This document shows, piece after piece, positions 9,488 through 17,801 of a DNA stretch of 32,000 bases. The notes beneath the pieces were generated by a model. The model was given only the letters and a program-made list of their open reading frames with translations, was not told where the DNA came from and ran no database searches. Position numbers and translations under genes: made by a program. Positions within the stretch are counted from its first letter, which is position 1; every line of letters starts with the position of its first letter. Source of the DNA: Longivirga aurantiaca (GTDB lineage: Bacteria; Actinomycetota; Actinomycetes; S36-B12; CAIYMF01); NCBI RefSeq assembly GCF_042660085.1, contig NZ_JBHSTI010000002.1, forward strand, positions 180,001-212,000. Direction: 5' to 3'.

Positions 9488-9626
9488 CCGGCCGACCTGG
9501 CCGGAAGTACGACGCGGTCACCGGCCGGCGGACCGACACAGGTCGGGCTCGGGGGCTGATGGCTCAGCGGCTGGGTGCGACCAGGCTCGACCGGACAGAG
9601 GTCGTGGTCGAGGAGGCGTCAGCACC

Positions 9627-10304
9627 ATGTCGAACGGATCCTGGAAGCAGTGGCGCGTGCCGGCCGGACTGCTCGTGCTCTCGGCGGTGCCGATGGTGGC
9701 GGGCGCGAGCCGCCTCAACCAGCTCGCGAGCGACGCGACGGTCACCGAGGCCAACGCCCGGTTCTTCGACCAGCCGCTGCCCGTCGTCCTGCACATCGTC
9801 GGCGCGAGCATCTTCTGCCTGCTCGGTGCCTTCCAGTTCGTGCCCAGCCTGCGCCGTCGCCCCTGGCACCGCGTCGCGGGCCGCATCGCGCTTCCGATGG
9901 GCCTCGTCGCGTCGCTCTCCGGTCTCTGGATGACGGTCTTCTACGACTGGCCGGCGGGGGACGAGCTGTCGCTGGCGGTCGTGCGGGCGGTGGTGGGCGT
10001 GGGCATGACGGCGTCGCTCGTCGTGGCCCTGACAGCGGTAGGTCGACGCGACTTCCGCACTCATCGCGCGTGGGTCACGCGCGGCTACGCCCTCGGCCTC
10101 GGCGCAGGCACCCAGGTCGTCACGCACCTGCCGTGGATCGTCGCGACGGGGCACGCGCCGCTGGGCTGGCCGCGCACCGTCCTCATGGCGCTGGGCTGGG
10201 GCCTCAACCTCGCCGTCGCCGAGTGGGCGATCCGACGCCGGCCGATGGGGACGCCGATGCCGCGCCGGGAGCGAGAGCCGGCGTTCGCGACCGGGGCGGC
10301 GTGA
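9627..10304 (+). CDS. DUF2306 family membrane protein
   Basis: Multi-pass hydrophobic protein. The N-terminal pattern W..PAGLLVLSAVPMVAG..R and HIVGASIFCLLGAFQF resemble DUF2306 as I recall it. Confidence 0.65.
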   Translation: MSNGSWKQWRVPAGLLVLSAVPMVAGASRLNQLASDATVTEANARFFDQPLPVVLHIVGASIFCLLGAFQFVPSLRRRPWHRVAGRIALPMGLVASLSGLWMTVFYDWPAGDELSLAVVRAVVGVGMTASLVVALTAVGRRDFRTHRAWVTRGYALGLGAGTQVVTHLPWIVATGHAPLGWPRTVLMALGWGLNLAVAEWAIRRRPMGTPMPRREREPAFATGAA

Positions 10305-10347
10305 GCGTCCGGCCCGGTCGACCGGCGGCGTTGCCTACAGTGGCGCC

Positions 10348-11496
10348 GTGATGCGACGCGCGCTGCAGTCGGTCTGGGCCGCGCCCCGGGCCGCGCATCC
10401 GCCTGGACCGCTGGCGCGCGACTGGGTGCTCGTCGCCGTCGTGATCGGGGCCGCGCTGCTCGAAGGGCTGCTGCGGTCCGACATCGAGCAGCGGCCTCTC
10501 GAGATCGTGCTCGTCGTCGCCATCGCCTTCACGCTCCCGTGGCGCCGCGTCCACCCCCTCGCCATGGTCGCTGTCGCGATGGGCGTGAAGTCGGTGGTGG
10601 TCGCCGGGATCGTCGCGTCGGGCGGCACGGTCGTCGGGCTGACGGCGGGCGTCTTCGTCCTCGTGCTGCTCTACGCGGTCTTCCGGTGGGGCTCCGGGCG
10701 CGAGGCGTTCGGCGCGGTCGGCGTCGTCGCGCTGGTGGTCGCCCTCGGCTTCAGGCGCGACTACACGTCGATCGCGGAGCTGCTGCCCGAGCTCGCGATC
10801 CTCACGCTGCCGGCTCTCGCCGCCGTTACCGTGCGCGCGCTGTCGACGTCGCGCACCCGTGACCTCGAGCGGGTGCGGCTCGCCGAGCGCGAGCAGCTGG
10901 CGCGCGAGCTGCACGACACCGTGGCCCACCACGTGTCCGCGATGGTGGTGCGGGCCCAGGCCGGCCGCGTCGTCGGCGCCACCGACCCGTCCGCCGCGAT
11001 CGACGCACTGGCGGTCATCGAGGCCGAGGGCGCGCGCACGCTGACCGAGATGCGCGTGCTCGTCGGTGCGCTCCGCCAGGGGGACGACCCCGCCCTGCTC
11101 GCGCCGAAGGGCGCAGGCGACATCGCGTCGCTCGCGCGCGCGACGGGCACCGGCCCCACTGTGGAGGTGTCGTCGACCGGTGACGTCGACGGCCTGCACC
11201 CGTCGGTCGGCGCGGCGCTCTACCGGATCGCGCAGGAGTCGGTCACGAACGCGACCCGGCACGCCGTGCGCCCACGACGCGTGCGCGTCGACCTCGTGGT
11301 GGACCCCGACGTCGCCCACGTGGCGATCGTGGACGACGGCGAGCCCGTCGCGGTCGAGCGTGACCGTCCCGGGTACGGCATCGTGGGGATGACCGAGCGG
11401 GTGTCGCTGCTCGGCGGCACGCTGACGGCCGGCCCGGGCGTGCAGCGCGGCTGGGTGGTCGAGGCCCGGGTGCCGACGACGGGGGTGAGGCCATGA
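10348..11496 (+). CDS. sensor histidine kinase (HisKA_3 / NarX-DesK class) with membrane N-terminal domain
   Basis: The H-box is LARELHDTVAHHVSAMVVRAQAG, with an HATPase region (YRIAQESVTNATRHA ... GYGIVGMTERV). Its stop overlaps the response-regulator start (ATGA at 11493). Confidence 0.85.
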   Translation: MMRRALQSVWAAPRAAHPPGPLARDWVLVAVVIGAALLEGLLRSDIEQRPLEIVLVVAIAFTLPWRRVHPLAMVAVAMGVKSVVVAGIVASGGTVVGLTAGVFVLVLLYAVFRWGSGREAFGAVGVVALVVALGFRRDYTSIAELLPELAILTLPALAAVTVRALSTSRTRDLERVRLAEREQLARELHDTVAHHVSAMVVRAQAGRVVGATDPSAAIDALAVIEAEGARTLTEMRVLVGALRQGDDPALLAPKGAGDIASLARATGTGPTVEVSSTGDVDGLHPSVGAALYRIAQESVTNATRHAVRPRRVRVDLVVDPDVAHVAIVDDGEPVAVERDRPGYGIVGMTERVSLLGGTLTAGPGVQRGWVVEARVPTTGVRP

Positions 11497-12149
11497 CGAT
11501 CCGCGTGGTGCTCGCCGACGACCAGGAGATCGTGCGGACCGGCCTCAGGATGATCCTCGACGCCCAGCCCGACATCGAGGTGGTCGGCGAGGCAGGCGAT
11601 GGTCGGGAGGCGGTCCGGCTCGCGCGGGAGCTGCGCCCCGACGTGTGCCTGTTCGACATCCGTATGCCCGAGGTGAGCGGGCTCGACGCCACGCTCGCCC
11701 TGGCCGGGCCCGACGTCGAGGACCCGATGGCCGTCGTGGTCATCACCACGTTCGACCTCGACGAGTACGTCCACGGGGCGCTGCGGGCGGGAGCCCGCGG
11801 CTTCCTGCTCAAGGACGCCGGACCCGACCTGCTGGTGCAGGCCGTCCGTGCTGCCGCCGACGGTGAGGCGCTGATCGCCCCGAGCGTCACGGTGCGGCTG
11901 CTGTCGGCGTTCGCGCGGCTCGACCCGCGGGCGTCGCCGACCCAGCCCGTGGAGCCGTTGACACCGCGCGAGGAGGAGGTGCTCGTCGCCGTCGCCCGTG
12001 GCCTCACCAACGCCGAGATCGGCGAGGCGCTGCACATCAGCCTGTCGACCGTGAAGTCGCACCTCGCCGCCCTGATGGCCAAGCTCGGCGTCCGCAACAG
12101 GGTCGAGATCGCCCTGTGGGCCTACGAATCCGGGCGCCTCGACAGTTGA
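11493..12149 (+). CDS. two-component response regulator, NarL/LuxR family
   Basis: Receiver domain (VLADDQEIVR ... CLFDIRMP) plus a LuxR HTH (LTPREEEVLVAVARGLTNAEIGEALHISLSTVKSHL). Confidence 0.9.
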   Translation: MTIRVVLADDQEIVRTGLRMILDAQPDIEVVGEAGDGREAVRLARELRPDVCLFDIRMPEVSGLDATLALAGPDVEDPMAVVVITTFDLDEYVHGALRAGARGFLLKDAGPDLLVQAVRAAADGEALIAPSVTVRLLSAFARLDPRASPTQPVEPLTPREEEVLVAVARGLTNAEIGEALHISLSTVKSHLAALMAKLGVRNRVEIALWAYESGRLDS

Positions 12150-12363
12150 TTCTTCACCTACCGGGCTACCCCGGGGGGTGTGCTGGTGGCCGCCGGTAAG
12201 GGAAACGTCTGAAACGCCGGTTCAGCAGGTACATGCAACGCCGGACGTCGTACATTGGGGGTGTCCGGGGGCCGACGTCCCCCCTCTGCTCCCGGTCAAC
12301 GCGTCCCGCTCCGGCCCGAGTCCCCCTCGCGCCGGGGTGGGACGCCCCTGGTACGGGTGCGGG

Positions 12364-12507
12364 TCAGCGGCCGACCGAGAGGGTGCCGGGCGCGGGGGCG
12401 GACGAGCCGTCCGGGCGGGTGCCGGGGTCGCTGACGATCAGCGCGACGACGCAGGCGGCGAGCAGGGGCGGGACCGCGACGCGCGCGGTCTCTCGTGCGA
12501 TGTGCAT
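12364..12507 (-). CDS. candidate 47-aa single-pass membrane micro-protein
   Basis: The ATG at 12507 is preceded by GAGGA about 7 nt upstream. Nearly every codon ends in G/C (I counted about 44 of 46). The hydrophobic core is VAVPPLLAACVVALIV. No family was recognised. Confidence 0.45.
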   Translation of the reverse strand: MHIARETARVAVPPLLAACVVALIVSDPGTRPDGSSAPAPGTLSVGR

Positions 12508-12699
12508 GGCGATCCTCAGGACGACCGGACAGGGCACCCCCCATGGATCAGTGCATCGTCGTCGCCCGCCGCGGGCTTGATGCACGCGAACCTCAGGATC
12601 TGCTCACGTCGTCACACGTCACGTCACACGCCGCGGCACTGGGCTGGGCCCGTCCACCCCGGACACCGCCCTGAGCGGACCGCACACCTGGGAGCACGC

Positions 12700-12951
12700 A
12701 TGCCTCGATTCATGGATGTCCACACCATCGCCGGCGGCGTCACCGAGGAGGCCGTGGCCGGTGCCCACGCAGCCGACCTCGCGACGCAGGCGGCGCACGA
12801 CGTCCACTACCTGAAGTACTGGGTCGACGGGGAGGCGGGCAAGATCTTCTGCCTCGTCGACGCGCCCGACGCCGAGGCGGCCAACACCGTCCACCGCGAG
12901 GCGCACGGGCTCGTCGCGGACGAGATCTACCGCGTCACCGAGCACGAGTGA
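12700..12951 (+). CDS. DUF4242 (SCO4226-like) small alpha+beta protein
   Basis: MPRFMDVHTIAGGVTEEAVAGAHAADLATQAAHDVHYLKYWVDGEAGKIFCLVDAPDAEAANTVHREAHG matches the remembered DUF4242 pattern (M..FMDVH...V...H..D...Q...V....YW.....G..FCL..AP). Confidence 0.7.
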   Translation: MPRFMDVHTIAGGVTEEAVAGAHAADLATQAAHDVHYLKYWVDGEAGKIFCLVDAPDAEAANTVHREAHGLVADEIYRVTEHE

Positions 12952-13039
12952 GCAGCAGCCGACGCCGTACGTCCCGGGGGCCGGCCGGCCCGGGCGAATC
13001 CCGCCGCCGGGGCGCACCGTCGTGCGACGATCCGCGGCA

Positions 13040-14851
13040 ATGACACTCGAGGTCTCGTTGCTGGGTCGTCCGACCATCTCGCGCGGCCCGGATCCGGTCT
13101 ACCAGTTCCGGAGCCGCAAGAGCTGGGCGCTGCTGGCCTACCTGCTGCTCGCCGAGCGCCCGCCGTCGCGCGCCCGGCTGGCCTCGCTCCTCTTCGACGA
13201 CGCCGAGGACCCGCTCGGCGCCCTCCGCTGGAACCTGGCGGAGGTGCGCCGTGGCCTCGGGCCCGAGGCCACGGTCGAGGGAGACCCGGTGGTGCTCGCC
13301 CTGCCGGCGGACGCGATGGTCGATGTGGCCGTGCTCGCCCGCGGCTCGTGGGCCGACGCCATCGACCTCGCCGATCTCGGCGAGCCGTTGCTCGACGGCG
13401 TCGACGTGCGCGGGGCGGCGGGGTTCGAGTCGTGGCTGCTCGTGGAGAAGCAGCGGCTGGCCGGCGCGTCCGAAGCAGTGCTGCACGAGGCGGCTCAAGG
13501 GCTCATGGCCCGGGGCGAGGTCGCGCGCGCCCTGCCGCACGCCCGGCGGGTGGCGGCGCTCAGCCCGCTCGACGAGAACCACCAGGCGCTGCTCATCCGG
13601 CTGCTCCGGCTCTCGGGCGACGACGCGGCAGCCGCGGCGCAGCTCGAGGCGTACGCGCGGCTGCTCGATGACGAGCTCGGTGTCGAGCCCGGCCCCGCCG
13701 TCCGGTCGGCGCTGCGCGAGCCGCTCCGGCGTACTGCACCGGTCACCGGGAGCGTCTCGATCGAGGCGATCCGGGAGTCGGGTGCGGCGGCCGTCGCCGC
13801 CGGTGCGACCGATGCCGGGATCGCCTCGCTGCGCGCGGCCGTCGGGCTCGCGGACCTCGCCGAGGACACGCGGCTCCAGGTGCGGTCGCGCGTCATCCTG
13901 GCCGAGACGCTGGTGCACTCGCTGCGGGGCATGGACGAGGAGGGCCTCGCAGCCCTCTACGCGGCGGACGAGATCGGCCGCGGTCACGGGCAGCCTGAGT
14001 GGCTCGCCGAGGTTCGGGTCGAGCTGGGGTACGTCGACTTCCTGCGCGCCCGGTACGACCGCGCGGACCGCTGGCTCACGGACGCGCTCGACCTCGCGCC
14101 CGACGTCCCCTGGATCAGCGCGAAGGCCACGACGTATCTCGCATCGGTCGACAGCGACCGCGCCGACTACCCGAGGGCGCTCACCCGCTTCGCCGAGTCG
14201 ATCGAGCTGGCCCGCGAGGCGGGCGACGTCAGGCGGCAGGTGTTCGCCACCTCGATGCTCGGACGGCTGCACCTGCTTCGGGGCGACCTCGACCTGGCGG
14301 ACGACGCGCTGCGCACGGCGATCGAGCTCGGCGAGCGCGACCGGTGGCTCGCCTTCCTGCCGTGGCCGCAGGCGTTCCTCGGCGAGCTCGAGCTGTCGCG
14401 GGGCCGCGTGGAGACCGCAGCCTCGGTGCTGAGCCAGGCGTTCGCCCGAGCCTGCCAGCTCGGGGACCCGTGCTGGGAGGGTGTGACCGCGCGTGCGCTG
14501 GCCCTCGTGGCTGAGGCCAGGGGGGACACCGCGGAGGCGTTCGAGCTGCTGGCGGACGCGCGAGCCCGGTGCAACCGTCTGGCAGATCCCTACGTGTGGC
14601 TCGACGCGTACATCCTCGACGCGCAGTGCGACCTCGGGGTCCGTCACGAGCATCCGGACTCGGCGCGCTGGGTCGCCTCGATGCACTGCCTCGCGTCGCG
14701 GACGACCATGCGCGAGATGACGGTGCGCGCGCTCGTCCACTCGGCAGCGCTCGGGGACGCTGCGGCGGCGGACGGCGCGCGCCTGCTGGCCGGCGACCTC
14801 GACAACCCCGTGCTCGACCGGCTCGTCGCGGCCGCAGCGCCGCGGCGGTGA
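13040..14851 (+). CDS. SARP/AfsR-type regulator (winged-helix + BTAD + TPR-like C-terminal region)
   Basis: LLGRPTISRG...RSRKSWALLAYLLL...LASLLFDD...LRWNLAEVRRGLG is the SARP DNA-binding region. The BTAD-like part is EAYARLLDDELGVEPGPAVRSAL, followed by a long helical-repeat tail. The start could also be the GTG at 13022. Confidence 0.8.
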   Translation: MTLEVSLLGRPTISRGPDPVYQFRSRKSWALLAYLLLAERPPSRARLASLLFDDAEDPLGALRWNLAEVRRGLGPEATVEGDPVVLALPADAMVDVAVLARGSWADAIDLADLGEPLLDGVDVRGAAGFESWLLVEKQRLAGASEAVLHEAAQGLMARGEVARALPHARRVAALSPLDENHQALLIRLLRLSGDDAAAAAQLEAYARLLDDELGVEPGPAVRSALREPLRRTAPVTGSVSIEAIRESGAAAVAAGATDAGIASLRAAVGLADLAEDTRLQVRSRVILAETLVHSLRGMDEEGLAALYAADEIGRGHGQPEWLAEVRVELGYVDFLRARYDRADRWLTDALDLAPDVPWISAKATTYLASVDSDRADYPRALTRFAESIELAREAGDVRRQVFATSMLGRLHLLRGDLDLADDALRTAIELGERDRWLAFLPWPQAFLGELELSRGRVETAASVLSQAFARACQLGDPCWEGVTARALALVAEARGDTAEAFELLADARARCNRLADPYVWLDAYILDAQCDLGVRHEHPDSARWVASMHCLASRTTMREMTVRALVHSAALGDAAAADGARLLAGDLDNPVLDRLVAAAAPRR

Positions 14852-14866
14852 TTCCCTTCGGGAGGT

Positions 14867-14882
14867 GGGACGTCGACGTCCC
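14867..14882. terminator. perfect 16-bp palindrome just after the SARP stop (candidate terminator hairpin)
   Basis: GGGACGTCGACGTCCC is its own reverse complement. It lies in a convergent intergenic region and has no U-tract. Confidence 0.35.
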
Positions 14883-14999
14883 GCGGTTCGAGCTCTCAAC
14901 GATGCCCGGGGGCACGTACCCGTGACCCCCTGATGCCGCCGTGCGCGGCGATGATCGAGCGCCAGCCCTGACCGGATCCGCGCCTGGCCTGCCGAAGTT

Positions 15000-15023
15000 C
15001 CAGAAACCGCAACGGTTCTCTGG
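15000..15023. terminator. hairpin downstream of the SulP gene (candidate terminator)
   Basis: CCAGAAACCG-CAA-CGGTTCTCTGG, an approximately 10-bp stem with one bulge, 12 nt beyond the SulP stop. Confidence 0.35.
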
Positions 15024-15035
15024 CACGTGCGTGCG

Positions 15036-16703
15036 TCAGGCGGGGTCCCGCGCGATCCAGTCCTGTGCCTCGGTCCGCGCCCGGGCCAGCGCGGCGCCTA
15101 CCCGTGCGTCGCCCTCGAATACGCTGTCAGGGCCGATGACGTCGATGACGCCGCCGGCCCTCAGCTGCGGCATGACCCGCGCGTCCACGGACACGATCAT
15201 GAGCCGGGAGCCGACGGCGTCGAGCTCGCCGGCATAGCGCACCAGGACGTCGACGAAGGTGGTGCCGAGGTCGGTGTGGCCACGCAGCCGGAGGATGACG
15301 ACCGACCGCCGGCTGCTCGCCTCCACGCGTGGCAGCGCCGCTTCGAACACCGGTGCGGAGGCGAAGAAGAGGCTGCCGTACGGCTGCAGCACCACGGTCT
15401 CGCGCGGCGGCACCACCGCGACAGGGTCCACCTCGAGGACGTCGCCCGTGTCGGTGCTGACGCGCTGCTTGATCACGACCTTGTTCGACTGCTGCACGAC
15501 GTGCAGCACCACGGACACGCCGACGCCGACGAGCACGGCGTACTGCAGGGGGACGACCATGGTCAGCACGAACGTCACACCGAGGACCGCGCGCTGGACC
15601 GTGCCCGTGCGCCACACCGCCTTGATGTCGGCGGGCTTGATGGTGCGGAAGCCCACGAGGATCAGCAGGCCGGCGAGCGCCGGCATCGCGAGGTAGCCGA
15701 CGGCCGAGCCGAAGACCAGGACGACGACGGCCATCACGAGGGCCGCGATCATCGGCGCGACGCGGCTGCGGGCCCCGGCTGCGGCGTTGATGGCCGACGC
15801 TGATGCCGAGCCGCCCACCGGCATCCCGCCCGTGAAGGCGACGGCGGCGTTGGCCGCGCCCTGGCCGATGAAGTCGCGCGATGCGTCGGCGCGCTGGCCG
15901 TCGGGCCGTCCGTACATCGCGGAGATGCCCGCGCCCTGCACGAGCCCCACGAACGCCAGGGACGCCGCAGGCACGAGGAGCTGCGGCGCGAGATCCCAGG
16001 CGGGGAGCGTGATCGGCGGCAGGCCCTGCAGCTCGACGCCGAGGTCGTTGAGGGTCGCGACCGTGGTCCAGCCGAGGACGGCCGCCATCGCGGACGTCGC
16101 GATGACAGCGACGACGAGGCCCATCGAGCCGACGACGGTCCGCTCCAGCAGCACGATGAGCGCGATGGTGGCGGCGCCGATGATGACGCTGCGCCAGTCG
16201 AGCGACGCAGGTGACAGCACCGTGTTGATGGCTCGGATCACGCGATTGGCGCCGGGGGCGGCGTACCCGGTGAGGTTGGAGAGCTGGCCGAGGATGATGT
16301 TGACGCCGACGGCGTTCATGAAGCCGACGAGGACGGCGTTGGACACGAAGCGCAGCAGGCTGCCGAGCTTCAGGAAGCCCGCTGCCAGCATGACCGCACC
16401 GGTGAGGACGGCGAGGGTCGCGACCGCCTGCGACTGGTCGTCCATCGCGTGCAGCGCCGGCACGTCGGCGATGATCATCGCCATGGCGCCGGTCCCCTGC
16501 ACCACCATGAACGCCGACGAGGTCACGGCCGCGCCGACGAGCGTGCCGACGAGGTAGCCGTACAGGCCGTTGAGCGGGCTCAGGCCGGCGAGGATGCCCG
16601 TCGCCAGGCCGTCGGGAACGCTCTGGACGCCGAGCACGAGCCCGGCCTGGGCGTCCTGCTTGAGGTCGCGGGTGAAGCGCGCCGGGAGGCGCAGGCCGCT
16701 CAC
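15036..16703 (-). CDS. SulP family anion (sulfate) permease with C-terminal STAS domain
   Basis: The GTG at 16703 overlaps the upstream stop (GTGA). LKQDAQAGLVLGVQSVPDGLATGILAGLSPLNGLYGY is a typical SulP N-terminus. The C-terminal region VLQPYGSLFFASAPVFE...VILRLRG is STAS-like. Confidence 0.85.
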   Translation of the reverse strand: MSGLRLPARFTRDLKQDAQAGLVLGVQSVPDGLATGILAGLSPLNGLYGYLVGTLVGAAVTSSAFMVVQGTGAMAMIIADVPALHAMDDQSQAVATLAVLTGAVMLAAGFLKLGSLLRFVSNAVLVGFMNAVGVNIILGQLSNLTGYAAPGANRVIRAINTVLSPASLDWRSVIIGAATIALIVLLERTVVGSMGLVVAVIATSAMAAVLGWTTVATLNDLGVELQGLPPITLPAWDLAPQLLVPAASLAFVGLVQGAGISAMYGRPDGQRADASRDFIGQGAANAAVAFTGGMPVGGSASASAINAAAGARSRVAPMIAALVMAVVVLVFGSAVGYLAMPALAGLLILVGFRTIKPADIKAVWRTGTVQRAVLGVTFVLTMVVPLQYAVLVGVGVSVVLHVVQQSNKVVIKQRVSTDTGDVLEVDPVAVVPPRETVVLQPYGSLFFASAPVFEAALPRVEASSRRSVVILRLRGHTDLGTTFVDVLVRYAGELDAVGSRLMIVSVDARVMPQLRAGGVIDVIGPDSVFEGDARVGAALARARTEAQDWIARDPA

Positions 16704-17770
16704 GCGGGCTCCTCCTCGGGTGCGTCGCCCGACAGGATCCGCCCGCGGCTGATCTGCCAGCGCCACCAGGCGAACGTGAGGGCGCCGAGCGCCAGGGTCC
16801 CGAGGATCGTGACGACCCGCCACACCACGAGCGCGGCGACGATCTCCGGCTCGAACTCGACGCCCGCGGTCTCGGTGTAGGCGACGACGAGCGCGGCGTC
16901 GAGCACGCCGAGGCCGGCGAGCGGGAGAGCCGTGAGCGGGTAGGCGACGAAGAAGCTGCCGAGCACCAGCCCGACGGGCAGCAGCGACGAGTCGACGCCG
17001 ACGAGCCGAAGGCAGAGCAGGACGATGAGCCCGTCGACGACCACCATCGCCGCGAGAGCTCCGAGCGACGGGGGGAGCCCGCGGCTGAGGCGCGTGGACA
17101 TCGTGGCGCGGAAGCCGGCGACCTTGTCAGACCAGACGTCGACGTCGACGTCGTCGCGGAAGCGCCCGGCGGCGAGCGCCGCACGCCGGCCGATGAGGCG
17201 TGCGAAGCTCTCGCCGCGGGCCACCAGCACCAGCGTGACGATGATCGCGACGGCCACGACGAACGAGATCACCGCGGACCAGATCTGCCCGCTGGTGAGG
17301 TCGCGCCCGATCAGCAGCAGCACCCCGAGGATCGGGACGCCGAACCGGATGACGTAGAACGCCAGGCTGTTCAGCGTCACGCCGGGCATGCCGTCGACCG
17401 GGGCGATCCCCCAGGACCGGAACATCGAGATGCGCACCACGATGTCGCTGGGCGGGGGCGCCACGGTGCCGACGAGGTTGGCCGTCAGGTCGTTCTGGAA
17501 GCCGCGCCGGAAGCCGAGCCCCGGGACGAAGACCGACAGCGGGACCGAGTTGAACGCCTGGCGCAGCACCAGGAGGCCGGCGAGCGCCGGCACCTGCGCC
17601 CACTCGAGCTGGCCGAGCGCGGTCGCCACCTGGCGCCAGTCCACCGACCCCACCAGGTTGATGAGGATCCGGGCGACGACCAGCGAGATCGCCAGGAAGA
17701 TGAGCGGCCGGACGAGCAGGATCCACCAGCGGCTCTGCCGGAACCGCCGGAAGGACTCGACCGCGCTCAT
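16700..17770 (-). CDS. UPF0104 / lysyl-phosphatidylglycerol-synthase-TM-like (YbhN-type) integral membrane protein
   Basis: 356 aa with about 8 hydrophobic spans. The N-terminus ...RWWILLVRPLIFLAISLVVARILINLVGSVDW..V resembles the LPG_synthase_TM family as I recall it. No C-terminal aminoacyl-transferase domain is present. Confidence 0.7.
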   Translation of the reverse strand: MSAVESFRRFRQSRWWILLVRPLIFLAISLVVARILINLVGSVDWRQVATALGQLEWAQVPALAGLLVLRQAFNSVPLSVFVPGLGFRRGFQNDLTANLVGTVAPPPSDIVVRISMFRSWGIAPVDGMPGVTLNSLAFYVIRFGVPILGVLLLIGRDLTSGQIWSAVISFVVAVAIIVTLVLVARGESFARLIGRRAALAAGRFRDDVDVDVWSDKVAGFRATMSTRLSRGLPPSLGALAAMVVVDGLIVLLCLRLVGVDSSLLPVGLVLGSFFVAYPLTALPLAGLGVLDAALVVAYTETAGVEFEPEIVAALVVWRVVTILGTLALGALTFAWWRWQISRGRILSGDAPEEEPA

Positions 17771-17801
17771 GCGCGCGTCAGGGCCGTGGCCCCGCCCGAG
17801 G

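Noticed and set aside
12935-14899. A 654-aa minus-strand ORF, together with the out-of-frame plus ORFs 13251..14432 and 13999..14514.
   Set aside because: These are antisense or out of frame with respect to the SARP/BTAD gene. Only the SARP frame shows the family pattern.
15127-17184. A 685-aa minus-strand ORF overlapping the SulP gene in another frame.
   Set aside because: It is Arg/Pro/Gly-rich with no transmembrane character, whereas the SulP frame is a coherent polytopic permease with a STAS domain.
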